Source: Phaeosaccion multiseriatum (taxonomy: Eukaryota > Protista > Ochrophyta, other classes). From it: a stretch of DNA of 64,000 bases. The notes beneath the pieces were generated by a model. The model did not search any database. It was not told where the DNA came from and saw nothing but the letters and a program-made list of their open reading frames with translations. The translations under genes were made by a program, and so were the position numbers. Below, piece by piece: positions 24,785 through 36,070 of this stretch. Numbering within the stretch: the stretch's first letter is position 1; each line of letters starts with the position of its first letter. The DNA lies in assembly GCA_965112735.1 (NCBI GenBank), contig OZ218952.1, forward strand, positions 5,208,001-5,272,000, given 5' to 3'.

Positions 24785-27440
24785 AGGTGGTGCAGAAGCC
24801 AAGGTTGTCCAACGGCATTCCAACGGCAAACGGCAGGTGTGTACCGACGAGAGTGTAGCCTGTCCGCTCTTCTCCCACCCTCTTCCTTCCTTTCGCCTCC
24901 TTCCCACTTCCGTCTTCTTCCCCTCTCCTCTTCTTTCTTGCTGCCGCCGCCCAGTAGCTACTCAATGAGACGGGGAGGTAGATGGAAGGGTCGTATTGTA
25001 TAAGCTCTTCTCCTGCCCTTCCCCCGCGCCGCGGCGGGCCTGAAGCTGCTAACTGTGCTTATCCGTGTACCCATGTATGCTATGGTCTTGTGCTTGCCCC
25101 TGCTCTGCCTTGTGCACGCTTCAGGGACGGTCCAGAATCCAAGGTAGTCCAACGGCACTCCAACGGCAAACGGCAGGTGTGTACCGACCAGATTGCCACC
25201 TGTCCGCTCTTCTCCCACCCTCTTCCTTCCTTTTGTCTCCTTCCCGCTCCCCTCTTCTTCCCTCTCCTCTTCTTTCTTGCTTCCGCCGCCCGGTAGCTAC
25301 TCAATGAGAGGGGGAGGTAGATGGAGGGGTCGTGATGATGTATGAGCTTCGCCTGCCCCTCCCCCGCGCCGCAGCGGGCCTAAAGCTGCTAGCCGTGCTT
25401 ACCCATGTGCCCATGTATGCTATGGTCTTGCGCTTGCCCCTGCTCTGCCTCTTCGCTCGCCTTGGCTAACCCCCAGGAGATGTTCTCTGAGTCCTTCGTA
25501 CTCCGCGGCGATGCTCTTCCAGACGAGTCCTTCCTGCCCGACGCTTCCATTGCAGCACATGCGACGGACCGCGAGCCACAGCTACGGACACTGTGGCTCA
25601 ATATTCTGCGCTCCACGGCACCCATGCGGTGGTGTAACAATGGTCAGGCCTTTGGAGCTCCCACAGACAAGGCTGACGTGTACACTCCGTATGCCCAAGC
25701 TGTTGTCCTTCTTACTATGGACAAGGTGAGCGCTCCTCTGAGGATACGCCTTCTGTCTGCCTCCATCCGCCAGCCTGTCTGGCTGTCTGGCTGTGGGTCT
25801 CTTCTGTCTGCCTGTAGGCTGTGTATCTGTCTGTCTCTGTCTGGCTGTCTGCCTGTGTCTCCCTTTCTCCCTCTCTGTCTGTCTGTCTGTCTGCCTCTCT
25901 GCCTGCCCGTGTGTCTGTCAGTGTGTGTCGGCCTGTCTCCCTGTCTGTCTTGTCCCTCTGCCTGTGTGTCTGTGTCTCTGCTGCCTGCCTGCCTGCCTGT
26001 CCATGTGTCTCGACCTGTCTGTTTGTCTGACTGTCTGTCTGTGTGTCTGTCTATCCAACTGTCTTTCTGTCTGTCTGTGTGCATGTGTGTCTAACTGTCT
26101 GCTTGTCTGCCTGTCCGTGTGTCTCCTTGTATCCCTGCCAGGGAGCTGGGCCGCAACAGTGTCTCTCCAACACGCCCAGACGAATCTCGCTCAGCGCCGC
26201 CTGCAAGATGCTCCCCGCCCCGACGGACTTGTGCGATCTCTTTCCACCCTTCGCGCAAGCACTGATGCTTTTGACTATGGACAAGGTAAGCAATGTGTTC
26301 GAGAGTACCTTTGGGGGGGGTGGGAGGTGAGGAGGGAAGGAGGGCGTCTGAGCGAGTGATGCTGCGCTGGAGGTGAGGAAAGAGGTAAGCAGGGACTGGC
26401 TGGCTGAGGAGGGGCGGGGGTGATGAGAGAGATCAGGCGTGGGAGCGTGAGTGTGTGCGCGATTGGCTGTGTGAGTGAGTGGCCGGGAGACGCGATGGGT
26501 GAGGACGGGGGAGGGAGTGGGGATGAAGGAGCGAGGGAGGCAGGGGGGTGGTGAGTGATGGGGAGCGAGAGTGCAGAGCAGGCAGGGTAAGGGAGGGAGA
26601 ACGCGTGAGACTGAAGGAGCGAGGGGGGTGGGGGGGGGGGTGAGAGAGGGAGTGGTTGGCGGGTGGTGAGTGATGGGGTGCCAGAGTGCAGAGCTGGCAG
26701 GGTTGGAGTGTGAGAGAGGGAGTGGGGGCGCGTGAGAGAAGGGAGAGGGGGGGGGGTGGTGAGTGATGGGGTGCGAGAGTGCAGAGTAGGCAGGGTTGGA
26801 ATGTGAGAGAGGCAGTGGGGGCGCGTGAGAGAGGGGAGGGGGGGGGCGGGTTGGTGAGTGATGGGGTGAAGGAGGGAGAACGCGTGAGCCTGAAGGATCG
26901 AGGGGCGGGGGTCGAGCGAGTGTGGGTGGGCTGGCTGTGTCTGCGGGCATGACGGGCCGACTCGAAGAGGCTGTCTCCTGTAGCGGTATATAAGGAGTCA
27001 TTGGCTCGCTATAAACCATTCAGCGCTGAATGGTTTATAGCGAGCCAATGACTCCTTATATACCGCTACACTCCGCGCAGTGGTGGGAGCAACCGTTGTT
27101 CGGCTGCATAGACTGACATCTGCCTTCTCCTTACCCTGCCTCTGCCGCCGTGCTTCATTTCCTTGTTCACATACATGCGCAGTGCTTACTCAGCGAGGGC
27201 CCCCCGGACTTTCCTGCAGGCTTTTTCGACTCCATTCGTCCAATGGCACGACTTGTTGCCGAGTTGATCACTGCAACCATCGCTGCGGAGAAGAAGGCCG
27301 GCGTGGAGGACAGGAGCGCCGACAAGGAAGCGCCGCGGCCGGCACACGGGACGGCGCGGCAGCGCCAGACGGGGGGCGGGGCACATTCGCAGAGTACTAT
27401 TAGTGGGGTTAGTTTGGGCTTCGAAAAGAGTATGCCTTGA
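24785..27440 (+). pseudogene. Spliced cargo gene/remnant of unknown function inside the CACTA-like element (exons approx. 24785-24836, 25124-25176, 25477-25725, 26141-26285, 27219-27440)
   Basis: ag/gt-bounded segments; two exons end with the same motif AQAxxLLTMDK|gt. A ~350-bp unit is triplicated at 24700-25455, and one copy has an apparent in-frame stop. Confidence 0.45.
26979..27070. mobile_element. 92-bp perfectly palindromic MITE-like insertion, TGT...ACA termini, 4-bp TSD CTCC (Ginger-like ends)
   Basis: The 46-bp arm TGTAGCGGTATATAAGGAGTCATTGGCTCGCTATAAACCATTCAGC is followed immediately by its exact reverse complement. CTCC lies at 26975-26978 and 27071-27074. Confidence 0.88.
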
Positions 27441-28664
27441 GGCTATGTCTTCCACGGACAGCTCCAGCAGGCCCAGAGCCCGCAGCCGCTGCCTCGGCTC
27501 CCTGTTCCTGGCTGCTCAGCCCCGCCCCCACCCACATTTGATCTCCTTTACGCCCCCCCCTTTTCCCTCCTCTAGACTCACTCAGCAGTATGAAATAGCC
27601 TTAGGCCTATCCTATCGCCACCAGTATAATTTATAGGTTACAATATCTAAAAAATTGTATATACATAATATATATATATATTTATATATACATACGTTAA
27701 AATTAGCCTTATCTGTCCAGGTCTCCTTATATAAGCCTTAACTGGATTCAGGAAGCGAGGCCTATATAAAGCCTAAGACTGTTGGATAAGGAGGCCGGAT
27801 AGGGCCTATCTGGACAGCCTTTCCACACTTATATAACGCCTAAATTAGGCCAATTTAAGACTAAATGGGCCTGTCTTTTTTTCAGATGCCTGTCGCCAAT
27901 GTTGCCAGGAAAGTGCGCTGCATACAGGGATGGATGTTGGATGTACGCGCCCCCCTGGGCCCGCAAATAATATAACCCCCCCCCCCTCCCCCGCGAATCC
28001 CCCCGCCCCCCGCCAGACCATTGGCCAGACCATTGGACCAGACTCGGAAAACATTTAAAAAATTTCCGTGATAGTATTAATTCTTCGGACAACCAATGAC
28101 CCGCCGCCGCCGTCGTAGACGTAGATGACATGAAGGAGAGAAGACAGCAATAGGAAAAAGAAAAGACGAAGCGGCAGCGGTCAATTTGACAGCGTGCAGC
28201 AATGGGGAGCTTGAACTTGTTGCTGTTACTTGCGGCAGAGGTGGATGTTCATGTCCTATTCTGGATCTGTAACGGCATAAAATCCCACCTCGATTGCGGA
28301 TCTAGCGGTTTGTGCTCCTGCTGGTGTCGCTCCTAATTGGAGGCGAGGCTCTCCCTGCTGAAGTGGGAGCGGGCCATGGAGGCGTGGAGCCAGTTTCTCG
28401 CCTGCAGTCGGTGGTCTTCGGCGCCGAGCGAGGGGCGGGGAGTTGGAGAGCAGCGGCGCCCGGCAGCGGGAGCGGCCGGCCGGGAGCATTGGGAGGAAAG
28501 GAGGTTAGCAATGGCAGTGCTACCAGCCGAGCCACCTGCAACACGCCGCTCACAAGAGAGCGGAGCAGGGAAGACGGGGAAACAGGGCAGCAGCTGTGAA
28601 GGATGGAGGCCGGCCGAGACCTACAACACGAGCGAGGAGGGCCGCGACTCGCTCGGCCCCCCGC

Positions 28665-28890
28665 GGGGCTTCTCGGGCTCCGGGCTTCTAGGCCATAGCC
28701 CCCTCCAGGCTTCGGGCTTCTGGCCGCAGGCCACAGCGGGCTTCTGGCCGCAGGCCAGATGTCTGGGCTTCGGGCTTCTCAGGCTGGGAAAAAAAATGGG
28801 AGACTTGGGCTTCTCGCCAGCCCCGGGCTTCTTGCTTTCGGCCGCAGGCCGCCTCAGGCTTCTGCTTATCGGGGGCCCGAGAAGCCCCGC
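28665..28890 (+). repeat. Cluster of short GGGCTTCT / GGCCGCAGGCC motifs, possibly a subterminal array of another element
   Basis: About eight GGCTTCT copies and three GGCCGCAGGCC copies within ~220 bp. Confidence 0.5.
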
Positions 28891-29589
28891 GGGGGGCCGA
28901 CGCGACGAGGACCGTAGCTATCCTGGTGGCGGGCACCTTGCTTGGACGGCGCTGTACACGCCCTCGACGCCTCCACTGGCGCGCATTTGTGGACCTTTCC
29001 CACCGGTGATCCCCTTTGTTGTGCAGACGTACCAACGCGTGCCACACACCCTGACCTGCCTGGAGAGTAAACGCTGGCTCATCCCTGCCCTGGATGGGAG
29101 AGCAGGCTGGTACATCATTAGGGAGCGAGGCGGGCGTGGTCAGGCTCAGGTGCTCCAACGGCTCGGCCTCAATGCCAGACAGCTCGTCGAGCGGACCCCC
29201 TGCTTGACCCCTGGTGGATGAAGCCCCCTCCTGTCTACTGGCACCATGTCGGCAGCCAACCGCTTGTGCTCTGGCTGCTTGTCCATCGATGCATGGCGGC
29301 CACTTGCGACAGGTCCTCTCGGCACTTCGGCACTTCCTGTGCAGAGCTTGCACGCGCAGCGAAGACTCTTGCAACAGGTGTGTAGACTAGGTGAATCGCA
29401 TTTCCCTGCTTTCGTACTTTGCTTTGCTGTCTTTCTGTTACCCTCATCGTTCTCAACTCTCTGTTGTGTCTTTTTTTGCCCGCCCGCCCTCGTCCAGGTC
29501 AGCAAACCAAAACTTTCGGATGGGGCGTAGCTACTGCCATCCCCCCACTGCCATCCCCCCACTGCCATCCCCCCCCTCCATCCCCGCAG

Positions 29590-32500
29590 AGGTGGGCAAG
29601 CTCATCTACTGCACGCGCACGGTGCCAGAGATGGTCAAGTGCGTGGAGGAGCTCAAGCGGGTGATTCACTGCCGGACCCAGGAGCTAGGACCCGAGGGGG
29701 GCAAGGTGGGTGCGTGTGTGTCTGTGCGTGCGTGCGCGATTTGTTATGCAGGAAGTTCTTACCTCACGACTACCGCACCCCGCAGCACAGCCTCCTGAAG
29801 GGAGCAACCGGAGGGGGGGGGGGGGGGGGTTGGCTGTCCTTGGTAGAGCTCGGCCCCTGTTGGCCCCTGTTGGCCCCTGTTGGCCCCTGTTGGCCCCTGG
29901 CCTCGCCTCTGCCCCTCTCCCTCTTTAAGTCTTGTTCTCTTCTCCTTCTTCTCTCTTCTGTGTTCCGTCCCGTTTTGTGTTGTGGGCAGGTGCTGGGCCT
30001 GTGTCTGAGCTCGAGGCGCAATCTCTGCATCCACGAAGCAGTCATGGAAGTGCAAGCAAGAGAGTGACAGAGAGGTGAGCTGCGCGCGTTTGTGTGCGTG
30101 TGTGCGTGTGGGGGTGTGGAGAGAGACAGCGTTTGAGAGTGAGCAAGAGACTGACGAGAGAAGAGAAAAGAGGGAAGAGAAGGGAAGTTCCGCCCTGCCA
30201 GACGAAGCAAGCACTTGATCCGCCCCTGCCCTTCCTTCGGCCGCTGCGTCTCCGTCGTCCACTTACCCCTCTGCTGTCTCTTTTCTCTCTCTGTCTGTCT
30301 CTGTCTCTGTCTCTGTATCTCCCTTGCTTTCTGTCCCTCTCTCTCTATTTTGCTCCGTCGCTCCCTCTCTCTCCCCTCTCGCTCCCTGCCTCTCGCCCCC
30401 TGCCCTCTCACTCTCTGACTGCCTCCCTACCTGACTGCCGATCTGCCTCAGGGAGTGGATAGCGCCTGCCGTAACCGCACCGCCACTTGGGTGCGGAAGA
30501 AAGCCGAGAACGACCCACCGTGGCCAGCCAGCCCACGGTGAGTCACAGCAGGGCTCTCCTGCTTCCTCTTTCTTGCTTGCCCTCTCGCCCTCTCCTTCCC
30601 TCGTGCCCTCTCTCCCTCTTCTGCCCTTCTGCCCTCTGCTCTCCTGGCATACTTCCCTTCCCTCCCCTCCCTCCACACGTCTCCTGAATGGCCCTGTCTG
30701 TCTGTCTGTCTGTCGACCTGCCCATATGCCTGCCTCTTCCAATCCCTGCGCCAAGTGTGACTTCTTCGAGGAGTATTCGAGCAGCGGCAGCGACGCCGCA
30801 GTACAGTACCGGCAAGCATCATCTACAGCCTGGACGATCTCAAAGCCTTCGGAAAAGACAAAGGTGATCATCGCAATCTCCCTCCCTCCCTCTCTCCTCA
30901 CCTCGCTCACACTCTCTCTTTCCATCTTCTCTAACCCTCTGTCTTCCTCTCTGTTTCTCTCCCTCTTTCTCTCTCTCGCTCTCCTCGCGCTGTCACTCTC
31001 TCCTCCTCCCCCCCCCACGCCATCTCATGTCTTTCACCCACCTCTCTCTCTTGCCTCTCACTCACCCATCCTCTCGCTCCGTGTGTGTGTGTCCCCATGC
31101 CTCTTCCAGGCTGGTGCCCGTACTTCCTGGCGCGGCAGCCATGCATGTCATCAACCACGCCAACGTGCTCGTGTACAACTACCAGTACATGCTTGACCCG
31201 AAGGTAGGAACACATGGAGGCAATCGATCAGTCCATCATACCATTCTATTAGTCTGTCAGTCAATGAGTCTGTCTCTGCGCTCTTTCCGGTGGTTCCTTG
31301 ACATGATGCAGATATGACCCGAAGACAGGCAATCGCTCCATCTACTGAGCACGCAGTCTACAGATCACACATGGAGCCTTCATCCTCCTCCCTCTCTCTG
31401 CATCACTCTGTCTCTATTATCCTCTCCTTCCTCTGTCTCTCCCTGCAGCCCTCCCTCCCTCTGTCTAGCATTTCTCTTTCTTGTTTCTCTTTTCCCCTCC
31501 TGTCTCACTCTCACACCCCATCTGTCTTCCTCTCCTCCTTCCCTCCCTCCCTCTCCCCCCCCTGCAGGTGGCCGGTCTTGTGTGAGTCGCGAGCTCGAGG
31601 CCGAGAGCATCGTCGTGTGTGTGCTCTCTCTTTCCTCTCTCTGTCTCCTATCCTATTCTCCTTTCATTCCTCTCTGTCTCTCTCGCTTCTCTCTCGCTCA
31701 TGACAACGTCTGCACAGAGCCATGTAGTGTATGTGTATGTATGTGTGTGTATTGCTATTCCTTCTTTCTCTCACACACTCTTGGCAACCCCATACTCTCT
31801 TCCCTCCCTCTCAGGCCCTGAGCGTGGCTCTGGACCGACGTGGGCTGGATGCCGCCAGTGGCTGCGTGGCAAAGCTCTCGGAGAAGGTCAATCAAATGAA
31901 GGCCTCCAACAATCAACGGTACGGTGGGGTACGCACACACACCCATATATGTATATATATAACACGCGAGAGAGAGGGTGGGAGGGACGGGGAGAGAGAG
32001 AGGGGAAGAGAAGGAGAGGGTGTTGGTGGGTGTGTCTATTGCCTTCTCATCACAACAGAGCCCCAGTTAGCAGCAGCAGCGGTAGTAGCACCAAAAGCAT
32101 CACCAACAGTAGCAGCAGCGTGACAATGAGACCTTCTCTGCACCCCCCTTCTCCTCCCCCTCCCCCCTCAGTCTCACCGCCGAGTACCAACGCCTGGTGT
32201 CAGGTCTGGCACAGGCCAACGCCGTTGCCGGGGGTCAGGACGGGGCTCTCGCCAACCCCTCCATCCCGGCTGACATACTAAACGAGGCAGTGCCTGGCAA
32301 CATTCGAAGGGCAGAGCACTTTGTTGCCTTCATGCGCAAGATAGTTGAACACCTCAAGACCAGGTGAGGGAGGGAGGGAGGGAGGGAGGGAGGGAGAGGA
32401 GGCAGAGAGAGGAAGGAGGGAGGGAGAGGAGGGAGGAAGGGCAAGAGAGAGAGGTACCGCAGAGGAAGGATTTTTTCAATGCTTGATCTTGCCCTCACCG

Positions 32501-33893
32501 TGCCAAACTCGTGGTCGACCCCTCCTACTTCTGTCCCCTACACCACGCGCGCGCACACACATACGCACGTACACACAAACACACACACACGCACACACGC
32601 CTTTGCCGGGCAGGATCCGCGTGGAGCATGCGGAGAACTTGACTCCGATGGCGTTCCTCCACACTCTACAGAGAACCACCGCACTCGAGAGGAAGCCGCT
32701 GCGCTTCGTCTACAGCAGGTACTGCACGGCGATAGGAGGGAGGGCTGGGGTGGTTCTATTGGGCTGCTGCTTCATGACGATGATGATGATGATGATGATG
32801 ACGATGATGATGATCTTCTCCTTCTTCGTTGCGTATCCGCCACCGTGTCTGTATCTGTCCGCCCTCTCTCCCTGACCCCCTCCCTCCCCTCAGGCTCAAC
32901 TCCCTCCTGCGCACCCTAGAGGTTACCTCTCTGGACGACTTTAATCCTCTCCAAAAGGTTGCCGACTTCGCCACACTGGTGGCCACGTACTCCGAGGGCT
33001 TCGCCATCATCACGGAGCCCAACGGGTCCGTCATCCCGGGCATTTACGAGCCGGTAAGGCCGGTACTGACGTCACCACGTCCCCCTTCGTGAGGGTTATG
33101 GGTGTTCCCCTGCGTCCACTTGTACTGCTATCAGTGACTCACACTCCACCTCCTGCTCTCCCCCTTCCCATCTTTTTCGTCCCTTCTTGTCCTCTTTCTC
33201 TCCCATCCCCTCCCCTCCCCTCCTCTCCCCCTCCCCCCTTTCTCTCCCTTTCTACCCCCCCCCCCCCCCTTCCCACCCCGTCCTCCCGCGCCTCCCTCTC
33301 CTCCCCCTCCTCCCTCGTCCCTCGTCCCTCGTCCCTCCCATAGGTGATGCAGCTGTGCTGTCTCGACTCCTCCCTCGCTATAAAGCCCGTGTTCGAGCGT
33401 TTCGCCAGCGTAGTCATCACCTCAGGTAGGGAGGAGTGAATGAGAGGAGGGAGCGAGGGACGGACGGACGGAGGGAGGGAGGGAGTGAAGGATTGAAGGA
33501 GGGAGGGAGGAAGGGGGGGAGTGTGAGTGAGTGAGGAAGGTGCGTAAGTGGTGAGTGCGATCGTGAGAATGTGAGAAGTCAGTGAGTCAGTCAGTCAGTC
33601 AGTCAGTCAGTCAGTCAGTCAGTGAGTGAGTACCCCAAAGAATCAGCCACAAATACATCCCCAACACGCACCAACCAACACACAACCAAAACACACACCC
33701 AAAACATACCCACCCACCCCCATTCCGTCCAGGCACTCTGTCTCCCATGGATCTGTACCCCAAGCTGCTCGGGTTCAATCCCGTGGTGCGGGCCTCTTTG
33801 CCCATGTCCACTTTCCGTCGCTGCATGTGCCCCCTCGTGGTGACGTGGGGCAGCGACCAACTTACCATCTCCACCAAATTCGACCTAAAAGAA
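29590..33893 (+). pseudogene. ERCC2: Truncated, frameshifted intron-containing copy of TFIIH helicase XPD/RAD3 (roughly residues 65-510 only)
   Basis: Exons give [84 protein letters not shown]. No Walker A exon or C-terminal half is present. Frame-breaking insertions occur at ~30051 (10 nt), ~30803 (5 nt), ~31136 (8 nt) and ~31582 (2 nt), and the DEAH motif is destroyed near 31617-31700. Confidence 0.9.
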
Positions 33894-34584
33894 GTGAGAC
33901 GCCCGGAGGGAGGGGAGGGAGGGGGAGTAGGAAATGACAGCGAGCATGGTTACAAGCTGCTGGAGAAGATGGATAAAGGAGCACAAAGTGCATCGATGCA
34001 TTATGGACCAGGACTTCGGATTCCTTTGCAATGTCGCTAACAACGCATGAATGTACGATACATATAACACCTTTCATCAGCTTTGCCAGTCTCTTCTTCG
34101 CTCATTCCCGCCCTTTTTCGCTGCCTGTTTGAAAAATGGGGGTATGATTGATAGGCCCAAAGGCGATTGGCGTAGTGTCGTTTGGGTGTCTCTAAAACGG
34201 TAGTCTGGAGGTGAGGGTTGCTCTTACGTTTTGAGTCCGTAACACGCGACTTCTTTCCTATGTTTCCGGGAGGTTCCAGGTTCCCAAATTAGTTTGCGAA
34301 AATCTTCAAGAAATGACGCATCTCCCTTTTTCATGCTCTGAGCGACTAGCTGGGCTGCTCCCCTCTCTCTCTGTACTATTTGTACCACCTCGGCAGCCCC
34401 CTCGTTCCTCCTGCCCCCCTCCGCCATCAAGTGCCTTCTGTGGCGGTATTCCTCGTCGTCCCGCTGCAAATTCTCCCGCGGCCATGCCCGCCACCCTGTG
34501 CTCCATCCCTTCATCTCGCGCAGACGCTCGAGCTGCTTTCGCACCGTCCCAACGTCTGTGGAGCGAATGGCAGTGGATGACGAG

Positions 34585-34633
34585 TGATGGGTGAGTGGTG
34601 AGGGAAAAGATCGGGATCAGGGTCAGAGTCAGG

Positions 34634-34671
<38 letters not shown>

Positions 34672-35104
34672 AAGGGTGAGGGTGAGGATGAGGGTGAGGG
34701 TGAGGATGTGATGGGTGAGTGGTGAGGGAAAAGATCGGGATCAGGGTCAGACTCAGGGTGAGGGTGAGGGTGAGGGTAAGGGTGAGGGTGAGGATGAGGG
34801 TGAGGGTGAGGGTAAGGGTGAGGGTGAGGGTGAAGGTGAGGGTGAGGGTGAAGGTAAGGGTGAGGGTGGGGGACGGTGAGGGTGAAGACGAGGGTGAGGG
34901 TGAAGGTGAGGGTAAGGGTGAGGGTGAGGGTGGAGGGTGTGGGTGAAGGTGAGGGTGAGGGTGAGGATGAGATGGTGAGGGTGAGGATGAGGGTGAGGGT
35001 GAGGATGTGAGGGTGAGGATGAGGGTGAAAGTGAGGGTGAGGGTGAGGATGTGAGAGTGAGGATGAGATGGTGAGGGTGAGAATGAGGGTGAGGGTGAGG
35101 ATGC

Positions 35105-35159
<55 letters not shown>

Positions 35160-35279
35160 AGGATGAGGGTGAGGGTGAGGGTGTGATGGGTGAGTGGTGA
35201 GGGTGAGGGTGAGGATGAGGGTGAGGGTGTGATGGGTGAGTGGTGAGGGAAAAGATCGGGATCAGGGTCAGAGTCAGGA

Positions 35280-35316
<37 letters not shown>

Positions 35317-35349
35317 AAGGGTGAGGGTGGGGGTCGGTGAGGGTGAAGA

Positions 35350-35387
<38 letters not shown>

Positions 35388-35766
35388 AGGGTGAAGGTGA
35401 GGGTGAGGGTGAAGGTGAGGGTGAGGGTGAGGATGAGATGGTGAAGGTGAGGATGAGGGTGAGGGTGAGGGTGAGGATGTGAGGGTGAGGGTGAGGGTGA
35501 GGATGTGAGGGTGAGGATGAGGATGTGGGTGAGGATGTGAGGGTGAGGGTGAGGGAGAGGGTGAGGGTGAGAGTAAGGGTGAGGATGTGAGGGTGAGGGT
35601 GAAGGTGAGGGTGAGGATGAGGATGAGGGTGAGGGTGAGGGTGAGATGGTGGGGGTGAGGGTGAGGATGTGAGGGTGAGGATGAGATGGTGAGGGTGAGG
35701 ATGAGGGTGAGGTTGAAGAGGTGAGGGTAAGGGTGAGGGTGAGGGTGAGGGTGAGGATGTGAGGTT

Positions 35767-35799
<33 letters not shown>

Positions 35800-36070
35800 A
35801 GGGCGAGGATGAAAGGGTGAGGGTGAGGATGTGAGAGTGAGGGTGAGGGTGAGGGTGAGAGTGAGGGTGAGGGTGAGGGTTAGAATGAGGGCGAGGGTCA
35901 GGATGAGGGCAAGGTTGAGACTGAGGGTGAGGGGGAGGGTGAGGGTCAGGGTCATGGCGAGGATGAGACTGAGGGCCAGCCAGGGTCAGGGTCAGGGTTA
36001 GGATGGGAGTTCAGGATCAGGCGAGGGTCAGGGCAAAGGTGAGAATGAGTGTGAGGGGTGAGAGGGGAGG
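34585..36070 (+). repeat. Interstitial telomere-like array (TGAGGG)n, degenerate, with TAAGGG/TCAGGG/TGAGGA variants and a ~50-bp higher-order unit
   Basis: More than 200 hexamers. The unit gtgatgggtgagtggtgagggaaaagatcgggatcagggtcaga occurs at ~34585, 34708 and 35229; gggtta appears at ~35877 and 35995. Confidence 0.9.

Larger units (their letters stand above)
24146..27888. mobile_element. Non-autonomous CACTA/EnSpm (CMC)-like DNA transposon, 3743 bp, with atypical CATCTG termini
   Basis: 11-bp perfect TIR CATCTGAAAAA...TTTTTCAGATG; 3-bp TSD CCT (24143-24145 and 27889-27891). AT-rich subterminal repeat blocks are inverted: AGGCTTATATAA at 24204 and 24269 versus TTATATAAGCCT at 27727, and CCAGATAAG x3 on the left versus CCTTATCTG/CCTATCTGG on the right. 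No transposase was recognised. Confidence 0.78.

Noticed and set aside
28337-29374. 294-aa (+) and 228-aa (-) ORFs
   Set aside because: GC-rich and overlapping a motif array, with no recognisable domain; likely spurious or decayed element sequence.
33935-34050. HGYKLLEKM resembles a G-patch start; another frame vaguely resembles a transposase tail
   Set aside because: Too short, the G-patch GW/GLG residues are missing, and it cannot be supported.
34169-34177. GGCGTAGTG, a possible canonical CACTA right end
   Set aside because: No matching CACTACGCC left end with TSD found in the window.
34753-35955. 400-aa ORF of TL/SP/HP repeats
   Set aside because: It is simply the translation of the (CCCTCA)n strand; there is no coding evidence.
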